Origin: Pseudomonadota bacterium
GTDB lineage: Bacteria > Myxococcota > JACRCW01 > JAFGSX01
Assembly (NCBI GenBank): GCA_043821645.1
Contig: JBDRCO010000037.1
Coordinates: 160,001 to 224,000, forward strand
Length of the DNA stretch: 64,000 nt
Direction: 5' to 3'
Part shown: in pieces, positions 48,251-58,606 of the stretch
Layout: each line of letters opens with the position of its first letter
Position numbering within the stretch: position 1 is the stretch's first letter
Program-made: the position numbers and the translations under genes
The notes under the pieces: model-generated
What the model was told of the DNA's origin: nothing
The model's input: only the letters and a program-made list of their open reading frames with translations
Database searches by the model: none

Positions 48251-50226
48251 TGAAGCGACGACGGGGCCTCGTGCTCCTGCCGGCGCTGCTGCTGGCAGCA
48301 CCGTCCCTGGCCCAGGACGACGACATGACCTTTGGCGCCCTCGAGGTGGAGGTCAAGAGCGTCGAGCGCGAGAAGTACGAAGAGGCGGTCAAGAAGACCA
48401 AGAGCAACCAGTGCGACGGAGCTATCTTTGACTTCTTCGACCTCATGCAGAACGAGAAGGCGAAGGAGTTCCACGAGGGCAGCGAGTACTACGTGGCCAA
48501 GTGCCTGTACCGGCTCGGCCTGTACCACGCGTCGCTGCACCGCTTCGCCAAGATTCTCGAGAAGGGCGAGAAAGGGCCGTACTTCCAGACCAGCCGCGAG
48601 TGGCTGTTCTTCATCTCGCGCAAGGTGCAGGACCAGGAGGCCGTGCTCGACGTCATCGCCAAGTACGCGGACAAGGGCGGGGTGCCCGAGAACTACGCTG
48701 ACGAGTTTCATTTCCTGCTTGGCAAGTACTACTACCTGATGGGCCTGGGCGACCTGGTGCCCGATCCCGAAGCCGGACGCGCCAGCGAGGCCGAGCAGAA
48801 GGCCAAGGAGGACAAGGCCAAGGAGGATGACGAGAAGGGCTTTGACTTCGGCGCCGACGAGGCCGGGGGTGGCGGTGGCGATGTGGCTGCGGCACCGGGC
48901 TCGGGTGGTGATTTCGATTTCGACCTGGGCGACCTGGATGGGAAGCCCAAGAAGAAGAAGACCAGCAAACCCAAGCCCAAGCCCAAAGCCAAGCCGGACG
49001 ACGACGGCAGCGATACCGCCAAGCCTGCGGGCGACGAGGGCATGGGATTCACCATCGGCGACGACAGCGGCGAGGGTGGGGGAGAGGGCGGTCCGGCCAA
49101 GGACGTCCAGGCCTACAAGCGAGCCGGGCAGCTGCCTGCGGGCGAGGCCATGGAACGCGCCGTGCAGCATCTGGAGCAGGTCCCCGAGGGGACCAAGTAC
49201 TACGCCCGGGCGCGCTACCTCGAGGGTCTGGTGTACTACCAGCGCGAGAATTACGATCGAGCGGTCGAGGCCTTCCGGCACGTGGTGCGTCTGACCCACC
49301 CCAAGACCGGGGCCTACAAGAGCCCCAAGCTGCGCGAGATGGCCTTCTTCTCGCTCGCACGGGTTCACTACGGATTCAAGCAGTTCCGCTACGCGATCTT
49401 CTACTACGACAAGATCAGCCGCAATTCCGAGGCCTGGCTCGACGCCATCTTCGAGAGTTCGTGGGCCTATTTCCGTCTGGGTAACTACGAAAAGAGCCTG
49501 GGCAACCTGATCACGCTGCACTCGCCCTTCTTCATCGACGAGTACTACCCCGAGTCACTCATCCTCAAGGCGGTCACCTACTACGAAAACTGCCGCTACC
49601 CCGAGGCGCGCGACATCCTCGAGGAGTTCGAGACCCACTACGGCGGCGTCCGCGACGAGCTGGTCAAGCTCACCGCGGAGTCGAAGACACCCGAGGACTA
49701 CTACAAGCTGCTCGACGACTTCGCCACCAAGGAGCCCAGCGAGACCAACCGCCTGACGCTGCGCATGTTGCGCCTGGCGCTCTCGGACCAGGGCGTCAAG
49801 ACCCTCGACCAGGCGGTGAACGAGATCGAGGCCGAGGCCGAACGCATGGGCCAGGTCGTGCCGGGCCTGATCTCCAGCCCCCTGGGCGACGAGATCAAGC
49901 AGTCGCTCGAAGCACGTCGGCAGAAGATCGTCGAGCGCGCTGGCACCATCCTGCGCGACAAGCTGTCGGCCGAACGCGACGACCTCAAGAGCCTGTCGTC
50001 GCAGCTGTTCCGCATCAAGTTCGAGATCGCGAAGATGGAAAAGGAACAGATCGAGGCCGAGATGCGCGGCGAGAGTCTGGTGGTGCCGCTCAGCGAGTAC
50101 CTGTTCTCGGCCGCAGTCGACGACGAGCACGAGTTCTATCCCTTCGTCGGTGAATACTGGCGCGACGAGCTGGGGACCTACGAGTACACCCTGACCCAGG
50201 GCTGCCGACCGGAGTCCAGCGAATGA
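48250..50226 (+). CDS. gltC: Gliding motility protein GltC
   Basis: FESSWAYF...LGNLITLHSPFF..YYPES...YYENCRY and PFVGEYWRDELGTY. Confidence 0.88.
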   Translation: MKRRRGLVLLPALLLAAPSLAQDDDMTFGALEVEVKSVEREKYEEAVKKTKSNQCDGAIFDFFDLMQNEKAKEFHEGSEYYVAKCLYRLGLYHASLHRFAKILEKGEKGPYFQTSREWLFFISRKVQDQEAVLDVIAKYADKGGVPENYADEFHFLLGKYYYLMGLGDLVPDPEAGRASEAEQKAKEDKAKEDDEKGFDFGADEAGGGGGDVAAAPGSGGDFDFDLGDLDGKPKKKKTSKPKPKPKAKPDDDGSDTAKPAGDEGMGFTIGDDSGEGGGEGGPAKDVQAYKRAGQLPAGEAMERAVQHLEQVPEGTKYYARARYLEGLVYYQRENYDRAVEAFRHVVRLTHPKTGAYKSPKLREMAFFSLARVHYGFKQFRYAIFYYDKISRNSEAWLDAIFESSWAYFRLGNYEKSLGNLITLHSPFFIDEYYPESLILKAVTYYENCRYPEARDILEEFETHYGGVRDELVKLTAESKTPEDYYKLLDDFATKEPSETNRLTLRMLRLALSDQGVKTLDQAVNEIEAEAERMGQVVPGLISSPLGDEIKQSLEARRQKIVERAGTILRDKLSAERDDLKSLSSQLFRIKFEIAKMEKEQIEAEMRGESLVVPLSEYLFSAAVDDEHEFYPFVGEYWRDELGTYEYTLTQGCRPESSE

Positions 50227-53200
50227 TGCACCCATCCATCCTGTCCGTGCTCGGGCGCGCGCGCGCGTTGATCGCTTGTGCGGCTCTGGGTCTGGCCGCC
50301 CCCGCGCTGGTGGCCGCGGTGCTGGTCCCCTCCAGCGCCGAGGCCAAGAAGAAGAAGAAGAAGAAGGAGAAGGACAAACCCAGCGGGGACCGCAAGGCGC
50401 CGGGCAAGGACGAGAGCGACCTCGGGGAGAAGGGTTCGTACGGGACTCCCGAGGTGGTCAAGGAGAAGGAGCGCACCAAGGTTCAGCTCGAGGCGCGTCC
50501 GACCCTGACCCTGGACGATTTCCGCAGCCGCAAGGAGGCGGAGAAGAAAGAGAAGATCGACGAGCAGCTCAAGTACATCGAGAAGATCATCTCGATGGAG
50601 CCGGCCAAGACCGAGATGCCCGGGCTGCTGTTCCAGAAGGCCGAGCTCTACCTCGAGCAGAGCGAGTTCTTCTTCTTTGCGGGCATGGGTCTCGACGACA
50701 AGATCCTGGAAGCCCGGGACAAGAAGAACAAGAAGGACCAGAAGAAGCTCGAGGCCGAGAAGAAGAAGTGGCTCGAGGAAAGCAAGCGCTGGAAGAAGGA
50801 TGGCGTCGAGATCTTTGCCGAGATCGTCGACAAGTACCCGACCTTTGACCGTCTCGCCGACGTTGTGTACTCCCTGGCGCAGGCCTACTGGGACGGTGGT
50901 GATAAGGACAAGGCCATCCCTTATTACCGGCAGCTCATCACCAAGTACCCGCAGAGTCAGTTCGTGCCCGATGCCTGGCTGGCCTTCGGCGAGTACTACT
51001 TTGGCAAGGCCGATATCCAGCGCGCCCTCGAGGCCTACCAGCGCACGGCCTCGTACGAGGACAGCAAGGTCTTCGCCTATGCCGTCTACAAGCAGGGCTG
51101 GTGCTACTACAACAAGGGCCAGTTCGAGGAGGCGGGCGACAAGTTCAAGGAGGTCATCCTTTACAGCGAGCTCAACCCCAAGCTGCTTGGCGACAAGAAG
51201 ATCACGCTGGGGCGGGAGGCTCGCAAGGACTTCGTGGTCACCTTCAGTCACTACGGCGATCCCCGGCGCGCCGTCGCCGAGTTCAAGGAGCTCACCCAGG
51301 ACGATGCCGAGCAGCGCAAGATGCTCGAGCGCCTGAGCGACATCTACTTCGGCGAGGGCAAGGACCGTGAGGCCATCGTCATGTACCGCACGCTCATGGC
51401 CATGACCCCCGACGACACCCGCAATCCCTTCTTCCAGGCGCGTATCGTCACCTGTGCCAAGCGTCTCAACGACAAGCGCTTCGTGGTCAAGATGGCCCGC
51501 GAGCTGGTCGACCACTTCCAGCGGGTTCGCACCTTCGCTGCGGCTCACAAGGACGACCCCAAGCTCAACCAGGAGAAGGTGGCCACCGACCTCGCCGACG
51601 CCGAGGACCTGTCCGACAACACCCTCCGCGTGCTGGCCACCACCTGGCACAACGAGGCGCGCAAGACCAAGGACGACGAGACCTTCGAGCTGGCCTACGA
51701 GCTCTACGGCGACTACCTCGACCTGTTCCCGGACAAGAAGCCCGCCTACGAGATCCGTTTCTTTTACGCCGAGCTGCTGTACCACCTCGAGCGCTTCGAG
51801 AAGGCCGGCGACGAGTACACCAAGGTCCTGCTCATCGATCCGGCCAAGGGTAAGTGGAGCCCGGCCAGCGCCGAGGAGGCCGTGCGTGCGTATGACGAGG
51901 CGGTGAGCGACTTCGATCGCAAGAACAAGCGCCCGCCGCTCAAGGGCGAGGCGGCGCTCAAGCCCTTGCCGGTGCCGAACATCAAGAAGAAGCTGTTGAT
52001 GGCATCGGACAACTACATCAAGCACTTCCCCAAGGGCAGCATCGTCGTCGAGTGCAAGTACAAGATCGCCAAGACGCTCTACGACTACAACAACTTCGAT
52101 CAGGCCGCCGAGCGTTTCCTGGAGATCACGACCGACTATCCGGACAACAGCCGCGCCGAGCAGGCGGCCAACCTCACCCTCGACATCTACAATCTCCGGC
52201 AGGAGTGGAAGAAGCTCAACGGCGCCGCGCGCAGCTTCTCCCAGAGCCGCCCGCTGATGAAGAACGAGGCCTTTGCGAAGACCCTGAGCGAGATTCTCGA
52301 GAACTCGTCCTTCAAGCTCATCGCCGACGAGTACGAGGTCCCGGGTGACAACCTGGGCGCTGCCAAGCAGTACCTCAAGTTCGTCGACGAGTTCCCCAAG
52401 AGCGAGCTCGCCGACAAGGCGATGATCAACGCCGCCAGCAACTTCCTCAAGGCGGGCAAGGACAAGGAGTCGATCCAGGTGCGCTTGCGCCTGGTGAAGG
52501 CCTATCCCAAGAGCCCGCTGGTCCCTGACGCCATGTATGCCATCGCCGAGAGCTACGAGCAGGTGGTGGACTACAAGGACGCGGCGGAGTGGCTCGAGAA
52601 GTTCGTCAAGCTCTACCCCAAGGACCCGCGCTCCAAGGACGCGCTGTTCAACGCCAGCATCTACCGGGAGGGGCTGGGCCAGTTCAAGCAGGCACTGAGC
52701 ACGCGGGAAGAATATCTGAAGACCTATCCCAAGGCCGACGATGTGGCCACCATCTACCTGTCCCTCGCCGGCCTGCACAAGCAGATGAGCGACGAGAAGA
52801 AGGCGTCCGAGGTCTACCAGGCCTGGGGCAAGAAGTACGGCAAGGGCAAGGACGAGGAGTGGGATGCCAAGTTCAAGGCCGTCGACGTGATGGCCCGGGA
52901 CAAGAAGTCCAAGAAGCAGGCCGAGCAGCTCGAGCAGGGTCTGGTCCGGGAATACGTCCGCCTGGGCAAGAAGGGGTGGAGTCAGTTCAAGAACGAGACC
53001 GATGCCCAGGCCCGCATTCGCTTCACCCTCGCCGACGAGGAGTACGAGAAGTACAAGAAGGTCAAGATCGAGTACCCGCGCGACCTCAACAAGAAGACCA
53101 TCAAGAAGTTCCAGGACACGCTCAAGGCCAAGGTCGCGGGCAAGGACAAGATCAAGGGCGTGTACACCGAGGTGGTCAAGCTGGGGCGTCCCGAGTGGGC

Positions 53201-53669
53201 CATCGCCAGCCTGTACCGGATCGGCGATGTGCACCTGCACCTGGTCGACGCCATCGTCAAGACCCCGGCACCCAAGGGGCTCAACGAGGAGCAGGCGGAC
53301 CTGTTCAAGGAAAAGCTGCGGGAGCAGACCTTCCCCATCGAGGAGCAGGGCGCCGAGGCCTTCAAGCTGTGCGTGGACAAGTCCAAGGAGCTCAACCTGT
53401 TCAATCAATGGACCCAGAAGTGCATCAACTTCCTCGAGGAGAACCGGCCGGATCAGCACCCGCAGATCATCGAGGAGCTGGCGGAGGTGAAGGCCGAGGT
53501 CCCCTTGCCGCCACCGCATGGCCTGGTGACCACGCTCAAGGCAGTGGCGCCGGCGAAGTCGGGCACGGCGGAATCTGCCAGTCCCGACGACAAGAAAGAT
53601 ACCGAAGGCGCCAAGACCGATGCACCCGCGGCCGAGGCTGCCGATGAGCCCGAGGAGGATGCATCATGA
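50223..53669 (+). CDS. gltD: GltD (AgmU) TPR protein
   Basis: Signal peptide, LFQKAELY, AWLAFGEYYF, YKQGWCYYN, WHNEARKT and WAIASLYRIG; gene order. Confidence 0.87.
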   Translation: MMHPSILSVLGRARALIACAALGLAAPALVAAVLVPSSAEAKKKKKKKEKDKPSGDRKAPGKDESDLGEKGSYGTPEVVKEKERTKVQLEARPTLTLDDFRSRKEAEKKEKIDEQLKYIEKIISMEPAKTEMPGLLFQKAELYLEQSEFFFFAGMGLDDKILEARDKKNKKDQKKLEAEKKKWLEESKRWKKDGVEIFAEIVDKYPTFDRLADVVYSLAQAYWDGGDKDKAIPYYRQLITKYPQSQFVPDAWLAFGEYYFGKADIQRALEAYQRTASYEDSKVFAYAVYKQGWCYYNKGQFEEAGDKFKEVILYSELNPKLLGDKKITLGREARKDFVVTFSHYGDPRRAVAEFKELTQDDAEQRKMLERLSDIYFGEGKDREAIVMYRTLMAMTPDDTRNPFFQARIVTCAKRLNDKRFVVKMARELVDHFQRVRTFAAAHKDDPKLNQEKVATDLADAEDLSDNTLRVLATTWHNEARKTKDDETFELAYELYGDYLDLFPDKKPAYEIRFFYAELLYHLERFEKAGDEYTKVLLIDPAKGKWSPASAEEAVRAYDEAVSDFDRKNKRPPLKGEAALKPLPVPNIKKKLLMASDNYIKHFPKGSIVVECKYKIAKTLYDYNNFDQAAERFLEITTDYPDNSRAEQAANLTLDIYNLRQEWKKLNGAARSFSQSRPLMKNEAFAKTLSEILENSSFKLIADEYEVPGDNLGAAKQYLKFVDEFPKSELADKAMINAASNFLKAGKDKESIQVRLRLVKAYPKSPLVPDAMYAIAESYEQVVDYKDAAEWLEKFVKLYPKDPRSKDALFNASIYREGLGQFKQALSTREEYLKTYPKADDVATIYLSLAGLHKQMSDEKKASEVYQAWGKKYGKGKDEEWDAKFKAVDVMARDKKSKKQAEQLEQGLVREYVRLGKKGWSQFKNETDAQARIRFTLADEEYEKYKKVKIEYPRDLNKKTIKKFQDTLKAKVAGKDKIKGVYTEVVKLGRPEWAIASLYRIGDVHLHLVDAIVKTPAPKGLNEEQADLFKEKLREQTFPIEEQGAEAFKLCVDKSKELNLFNQWTQKCINFLEENRPDQHPQIIEELAEVKAEVPLPPPHGLVTTLKAVAPAKSGTAESASPDDKKDTEGAKTDAPAAEAADEPEEDAS

Positions 53670-55108
53670 AGAGGCTGCTCCTCCCCTTGTTCATGGGCAT
53701 CGTGCTCGTACTTGGCGCCTGCCCCAAGCGTCCCGATGTGGTGCAGCCCGACACCCGGCCCGGGGATGGAACCGGGCGGCCGCCAGGTGATAGCGGCACC
53801 CAGGCTCAGACCAGCACCAATGCCGAGGCTGCGCGCGCCTTCGATGACGGGCTCAAGATCCAGGCCTCGGATCCCGAGCGAGCCATCGCACGCTTTGAGG
53901 CCGCAGCCGCGGCAGACAAGAGCTTCGGCGTGGCCCTGTACAATGCTGGCGCCCTCGAGGAGAAGCGCGGCAACGACGCGCGAGCCGCCGAGCTGTACGA
54001 GAAGGCCATCAAGGCCGATGCGACCCTGGACGAACCCGCAGACAACCTGGCGCTCATGCTGCTCAGACAGGACAAGAAGGCCAAGGCCAAGCGTGTGCTC
54101 GAGGCCGCCATTGCCCAGAACCCCAAGGCCGTGGGGCCACGCCTGCGCCTGTCGCGCATTGCCCTGAACGACAACCAGCTGCAGGAGTCCTACGGCCTGG
54201 CCCGCGAGGCCCTGGCGCTCGAGGCCAAGAGCCTCGAGGGCTATCGGATCATGGCGGACATCGCTCTGAGGCAGAAGCAGCCAGCCATGGCCAAGCTGCT
54301 CATCCTCAAGGGATACAAGCTGGCGGCCGAGGATCCCTACCTGCATTTCCTGATGGCCGAGACCCTCTTCGCCGAGAAGGAGAACTCGGCCGCGGTGCTC
54401 GAGTACCGCAGGGTGCTGGCCGCGGATCCCAACTTCCTCCCGGCGCGGGTGCGTCTGGCCTACATGGCGATGGGGCAGCGCGACTTCGGCACTGCCGAGC
54501 AGCATTTTGACGCCCTGGCCAAGGCGAATCCCAAGGATGGAGGTGCCCTGGTCAACCTGGGTCTGGCCTACAAGGGGCAGGCGCGGTTTGACGAGGCCAA
54601 AGCCACTTACGAGAAGGCCCTCGCCGTCGACAAACGCAATACCGAGGCTCTGTTTGCCCTCGGTGTGCTCGAGCTCAGGCACCTCAACGACCCCAAGACT
54701 GCCAAGAAGCACCTCAAGGCCTACGTGAGCGACAACCCGAGAGTTTCGGGCAAGCATCCGGTGTTCAAGCTGCTCGAGGAGGCCGACATCCTCATCTCGG
54801 CGCAGGCCGAGGAAACGCGTCAGATGGCGCTGATGAAGAAGCAGCAAGAGGAGATGGAGCGCAAGGCCGCCGAGGACGCCAAGCGCGCCGCAGAAGAGGC
54901 CAAGAACAAGCCGCCCGAGGCTCAGCCACCGGCGGAGGGGCAGCCTCCTGCCGATGCGCCACCGGCCGAGGACACTCCGCCTCCTGCGGACAATTCGGTG
55001 CCGGCCGAGGGCACGAGTTCGGCAGCCGCGCCGGCAGCAGAGGCTCCCGCGCCGGCCCCGCCAGCCAGGGAGGACGAGCCTGGGGAGCCCGAGGAGCCTG
55101 GTCCATGA
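53666..55108 (+). CDS. gltE: GltE (AglT) TPR lipoprotein
   Basis: Lipobox VLGAC, TPRs and a P/A/E-rich tail; gene order. Confidence 0.82.
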   Translation: MKRLLLPLFMGIVLVLGACPKRPDVVQPDTRPGDGTGRPPGDSGTQAQTSTNAEAARAFDDGLKIQASDPERAIARFEAAAAADKSFGVALYNAGALEEKRGNDARAAELYEKAIKADATLDEPADNLALMLLRQDKKAKAKRVLEAAIAQNPKAVGPRLRLSRIALNDNQLQESYGLAREALALEAKSLEGYRIMADIALRQKQPAMAKLLILKGYKLAAEDPYLHFLMAETLFAEKENSAAVLEYRRVLAADPNFLPARVRLAYMAMGQRDFGTAEQHFDALAKANPKDGGALVNLGLAYKGQARFDEAKATYEKALAVDKRNTEALFALGVLELRHLNDPKTAKKHLKAYVSDNPRVSGKHPVFKLLEEADILISAQAEETRQMALMKKQQEEMERKAAEDAKRAAEEAKNKPPEAQPPAEGQPPADAPPAEDTPPPADNSVPAEGTSSAAAPAAEAPAPAPPAREDEPGEPEEPGP

Positions 55109-55184
55109 GGCGGATTGGCGGCCGCGGCCTGCTGCGTGATACTGTGGTACCCGGGCCCGGTCTCCGGGGTCTGCTGGAGGCAGC

Positions 55185-55439
55185 ATGAAAAGATTCGCGA
55201 TCTCCCTGTTTTGTGCCCTGGTCCTCGCGCTGGCCGGGGCGACAGCCATGGCCCAGGATGAGGGTGCCATCTACAAGAAAAAGACCGTCATCAACTTCGA
55301 GGACGACACCATCGAGGGCGATCTCAAGACCCCGGATGCCGAATACCTCGAAGCCAGAAAGCGTATGCGCCACGCCAGCTTGATCAAGATCCGGGACAAT
55401 TTCAGGCGCACCGTGCTGCAGTCGGTGACGAATCTGTAG
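55185..55439 (+). CDS. gltF: GltF (CglF)
   Basis: YKKKTVINFEDDTIEGDLKTP...LIKIRDNF. Confidence 0.9.
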   Translation: MKRFAISLFCALVLALAGATAMAQDEGAIYKKKTVINFEDDTIEGDLKTPDAEYLEARKRMRHASLIKIRDNFRRTVLQSVTNL

Positions 55440-55539
55440 GACACGCAGAATGACCTGGAACCCCAGCCGGGGCGCGGTTGTCGGTGTTGTGAGAGGGATG
55501 CTGAGGAGTTGTGCACCCGCATCGACGAGGTAGAGGGCG

Positions 55540-57672
55540 ATGACAAACCGAGTCTCCCTGAAGATCAGCCGCGCTGGCGAGGATGTTGGTGTCGAGACCT
55601 TCGATCGCGACATCATCAAGATCGGTCGCCTGGCCTCGGCGCATCTCAAGCTCGACGATCCCAAGGTCTCCCGCATCCACGCTGTCATCGAGGTGACCGC
55701 GAGCGGCGAGGACATCTCCATCATCGACATGGGATCGGCCGAGGGGACCTTCGTCAACGGTGACAAGGTCACCAAGGTGAAGCTCAAGGACGGCGACGAG
55801 ATCCGGCTGGGGGACACCCGGCTGGTGTTGCAGCTCGGTGAGGTTGCGGACACCGTGGCGGAGGCGGCCGCGGCCGCTGTGGTCGTCGCCGAGGATCCCG
55901 CTGCCACCGAACTGGTGCGCCCCTCACCCAGCCAGCACGAGATGGCGACCCTGGCCGAGCTGCCCCTGGGGGACGATACCGGCGGCGTGTTCGACGGACT
56001 CTCGACGGAGGACGCCCACGCCGTGGCCGCCGCGGTGGTAACTCCCGTCCTGGCCTCGCAGCCACCGGCGGCTGCCCCGCAGCCTGCGCCCGTGGTTTCG
56101 TCCATGCCCCCGACCGTCACCGAGGTTGCCGCGTCCGGTGCTGTGAGCATGAGCGAGGACGGACTGGCGGAGTGGTCGGATCCTCCTCCCGTGGCGGCGG
56201 ACTTGCTGTCGCCGGGCGTGGCGGGAAATGCGCTGGTGGCACCGATGCCCACCGCGCCGTCGATGGAGTGGTACGACCCCTTTGGCGAGCTTCACAATGT
56301 CCTCATCGAGCCCGAGGAAAAGGTCAGCAAGGCCAACCGTGTGCTCGAGGTCGCCGTGATGTGGGACGGGCGACTGCTCGATGTCCGCCACTACAACGAG
56401 CCCAAGCTCGTGACCATGGGCGAGAGCAAGAAGGCGGACATCTTCGTGGTCAGCGAGGGCTTGCCGTCCAACGAGTTCCCGCTGATCCGGTTCAGCGATG
56501 GCGAGTACGTGCTGACCTACTTTGACGGCCTCGACGGCGCGATTCTCCGCGACGGTACCAGCGTGCCCCTGGGCGCGCTCAAGGGGCAGCCAGACGATAC
56601 CTTCTCGAAGAGCTACCAGTTCCCCTTGCCCCTGGAATCCTTGACCACCATCGACTACGGCGGATTGACCCTGCAGCTTCGCTTCGTGCAGAAGCCGGGC
56701 ATCATTCCCGGTGGCCCGTTTCAGGAGATCAACTACAACTGGCTCAACGTGTTTCTGGTGTCGCTGTTCCTGCATGTGGGCTTCTTCGCCACCACGGCGC
56801 TCTATCCTTACGACACGACCTCACTCGAGGAGGATCTGTTCTCGTCGCCCAATCGTTTTGCCCAGTTCATCCTCAACCCGCCGGAGAAGGAGAAGAACTC
56901 CCTTCTCAGCAAGCTGATGAAGCAGAAGGAGGGGGAGAGTTCGGCCAAGCACGCGGGTGCCGACGGCAAGGCGGGCAAGCAGGACGCCAAGGACACCGGC
57001 AAGCGCATGGCCAGCAAGGCCGAGAAGCCCACCAACGAGATGGTCGTCCAGAACAAGCTGAACCAGCTCTTTGGCAAGGGCGGTGGCAGCGAGGGCGTGT
57101 CGTCGGTGTTCGGAGGTGGTCTGGGCGGTGAGCTGGTGGGCGCCCTCGGTGGTGTCACTGGCGCGCAGATCGGTGATTCCTACGGCTTTGGTGGTCTGGG
57201 GCTGCGTGGCCACGGACCGGGTGGTGGAGGATCGTCGACGACGACCTTCGGCGTCGGTTCCATCGGCACCCGCGGTCGCGGTGGTGGCTCCTCGGGTTAC
57301 GGCTCGGGCTCCGGCGGCCTGGGTGGCAAGTCGGACCGCAACGTGGCCATCTCCCAGGGTACTCCTGTCATCATGGGCTCCCTCGACAAGGAGATCATTC
57401 GCCGCGTCATCAAGGAAAACATCGCGCAGATTCGGTACTGCTACGAGCGAGAGCTGGCGCGCAGTCCCGGTCTGTACGGCAAGATCATGGTCAAGTTCAT
57501 CATCGCCGGTACCGGGCAGGTTTCCAACGCCCAGGTCATCGAGAGCACGATGAAGAACCCCGAGGTCGAGAGCTGCATCTCCAACAAGGTGCGCGGCTGG
57601 AGATTCCCCAAGCCCAAGGGCGGTGGCATCGTGATCGTCAGTTATCCCTTCATCTTCAAGCAGAGTGGCTGA
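55540..57672 (+). CDS. gltG: GltG (PglI): FHA, TM and TonB C-terminal domains
   Basis: IKIGRLASAHLKLDDPKVSRIHA FHA; SLFLH TM motif; QIRYCYE...FPKPKGGGIVIVSYPF. Confidence 0.92.
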   Translation: MTNRVSLKISRAGEDVGVETFDRDIIKIGRLASAHLKLDDPKVSRIHAVIEVTASGEDISIIDMGSAEGTFVNGDKVTKVKLKDGDEIRLGDTRLVLQLGEVADTVAEAAAAAVVVAEDPAATELVRPSPSQHEMATLAELPLGDDTGGVFDGLSTEDAHAVAAAVVTPVLASQPPAAAPQPAPVVSSMPPTVTEVAASGAVSMSEDGLAEWSDPPPVAADLLSPGVAGNALVAPMPTAPSMEWYDPFGELHNVLIEPEEKVSKANRVLEVAVMWDGRLLDVRHYNEPKLVTMGESKKADIFVVSEGLPSNEFPLIRFSDGEYVLTYFDGLDGAILRDGTSVPLGALKGQPDDTFSKSYQFPLPLESLTTIDYGGLTLQLRFVQKPGIIPGGPFQEINYNWLNVFLVSLFLHVGFFATTALYPYDTTSLEEDLFSSPNRFAQFILNPPEKEKNSLLSKLMKQKEGESSAKHAGADGKAGKQDAKDTGKRMASKAEKPTNEMVVQNKLNQLFGKGGGSEGVSSVFGGGLGGELVGALGGVTGAQIGDSYGFGGLGLRGHGPGGGGSSTTTFGVGSIGTRGRGGGSSGYGSGSGGLGGKSDRNVAISQGTPVIMGSLDKEIIRRVIKENIAQIRYCYERELARSPGLYGKIMVKFIIAGTGQVSNAQVIESTMKNPEVESCISNKVRGWRFPKPKGGGIVIVSYPFIFKQSG

Positions 57673-57811
57673 GGTCTGATCCAGGACAGGGATCCGGTCA
57701 TCTCGAGGGCGGCGTCGCCGCCCTCGGCCGTCGAGAGCACGCCCGTTCGATGGTTCCAGCAAGGAGCCAGGCGGGCGCAGCGAATCGCGGACAGGTCGAC
57801 GAGGAAAAAAG

Positions 57812-58453
57812 ATGCGCGTGCGAATGCGGCTGCTGATCGTGATGCTGGGGACTCTGCTGGTGGCTCCGTCGCTGTGGGCCCAGGGCGAGGTGCGCGGCAC
57901 CGAGGTGGGCGAGGGCGAGGGCGAGGAGACGGTAGGCGAGAGCAAGATCGCCAAGATTCGCGCTGTCGAGCGCGGACTGTGGTTCAACGTCGACTACGGT
58001 CCGTACTACCAGATCCCCCTCGGCCTGCCGCAGGAGATGTGCTTCCCGTGCATCGGCAGCCAGATCGGCGTGCGCGTCGGCTACGACATCCTCAATAACC
58101 TCACCGCCGATGCCTTCGTGCGCGGGTCCTTTGCCAACTTCAAGACCGAGTATGCTCGCCTTTACTCTGGCGACATCGCCTCCTACTACACGGGCGGCTC
58201 GGTGCGCTTCTCCTACATCACCACCGAGCGTTTTCATGCCACCGCGCGGCTCGGCGGCGGCGTCGCCTTCCTGTTCCCTGCCGAGTCTGCGGGAGGGTCC
58301 TTCCTCGCGCCAGCTGCGGATCTGGGACTGGGCATCGAGTACTTCACGCGACTGCGCCACTTCTCGGTGGGGTGCGAGATCGAGACCCTGGCTTTCCTGT
58401 GGCCTTTCAGCGTGGGTTTCTCGGTTCTGCCCACTTTCAAGTACACCTTCTAG
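57812..58453 (+). CDS. gltH: GltH (CglE) outer-membrane beta-barrel
   Basis: AVERGL, VGYD, GIEYFTRLRHFSVG and terminal KYTF; follows gltG. Confidence 0.85.
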   Translation: MRVRMRLLIVMLGTLLVAPSLWAQGEVRGTEVGEGEGEETVGESKIAKIRAVERGLWFNVDYGPYYQIPLGLPQEMCFPCIGSQIGVRVGYDILNNLTADAFVRGSFANFKTEYARLYSGDIASYYTGGSVRFSYITTERFHATARLGGGVAFLFPAESAGGSFLAPAADLGLGIEYFTRLRHFSVGCEIETLAFLWPFSVGFSVLPTFKYTF

Positions 58454-58481
58454 ATTCCGTCAAAGAAGGCGCGCACGGCGG

Positions 58482-58511
58482 TTGAGGGGAACTCGGTCCC
58501 TCTGCTATAAA
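58482..58511 (+). promoter_or_regulatory. Candidate sigma70 promoter for the gltI-like gene
   Basis: TTGAGG (58482), 18-nt spacer including TG, then TATAAA (58506). Confidence 0.4.
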
Positions 58512-58606
58512 TCTGCGATTTCTCTGCGCGATTGCGAGGCCGGGGTGGCCGCGCCTGGCCTCGCTTCGAGCCGTGGTGCACGCTGCGCCGGCGACGGTGG
58601 TTTTTC

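Noticed and set aside
50346-50366. (AAG)7 tract in gltD as a phase-variation site
   Set aside because: In-frame trinucleotide encoding poly-Lys; slippage would not shift the frame.
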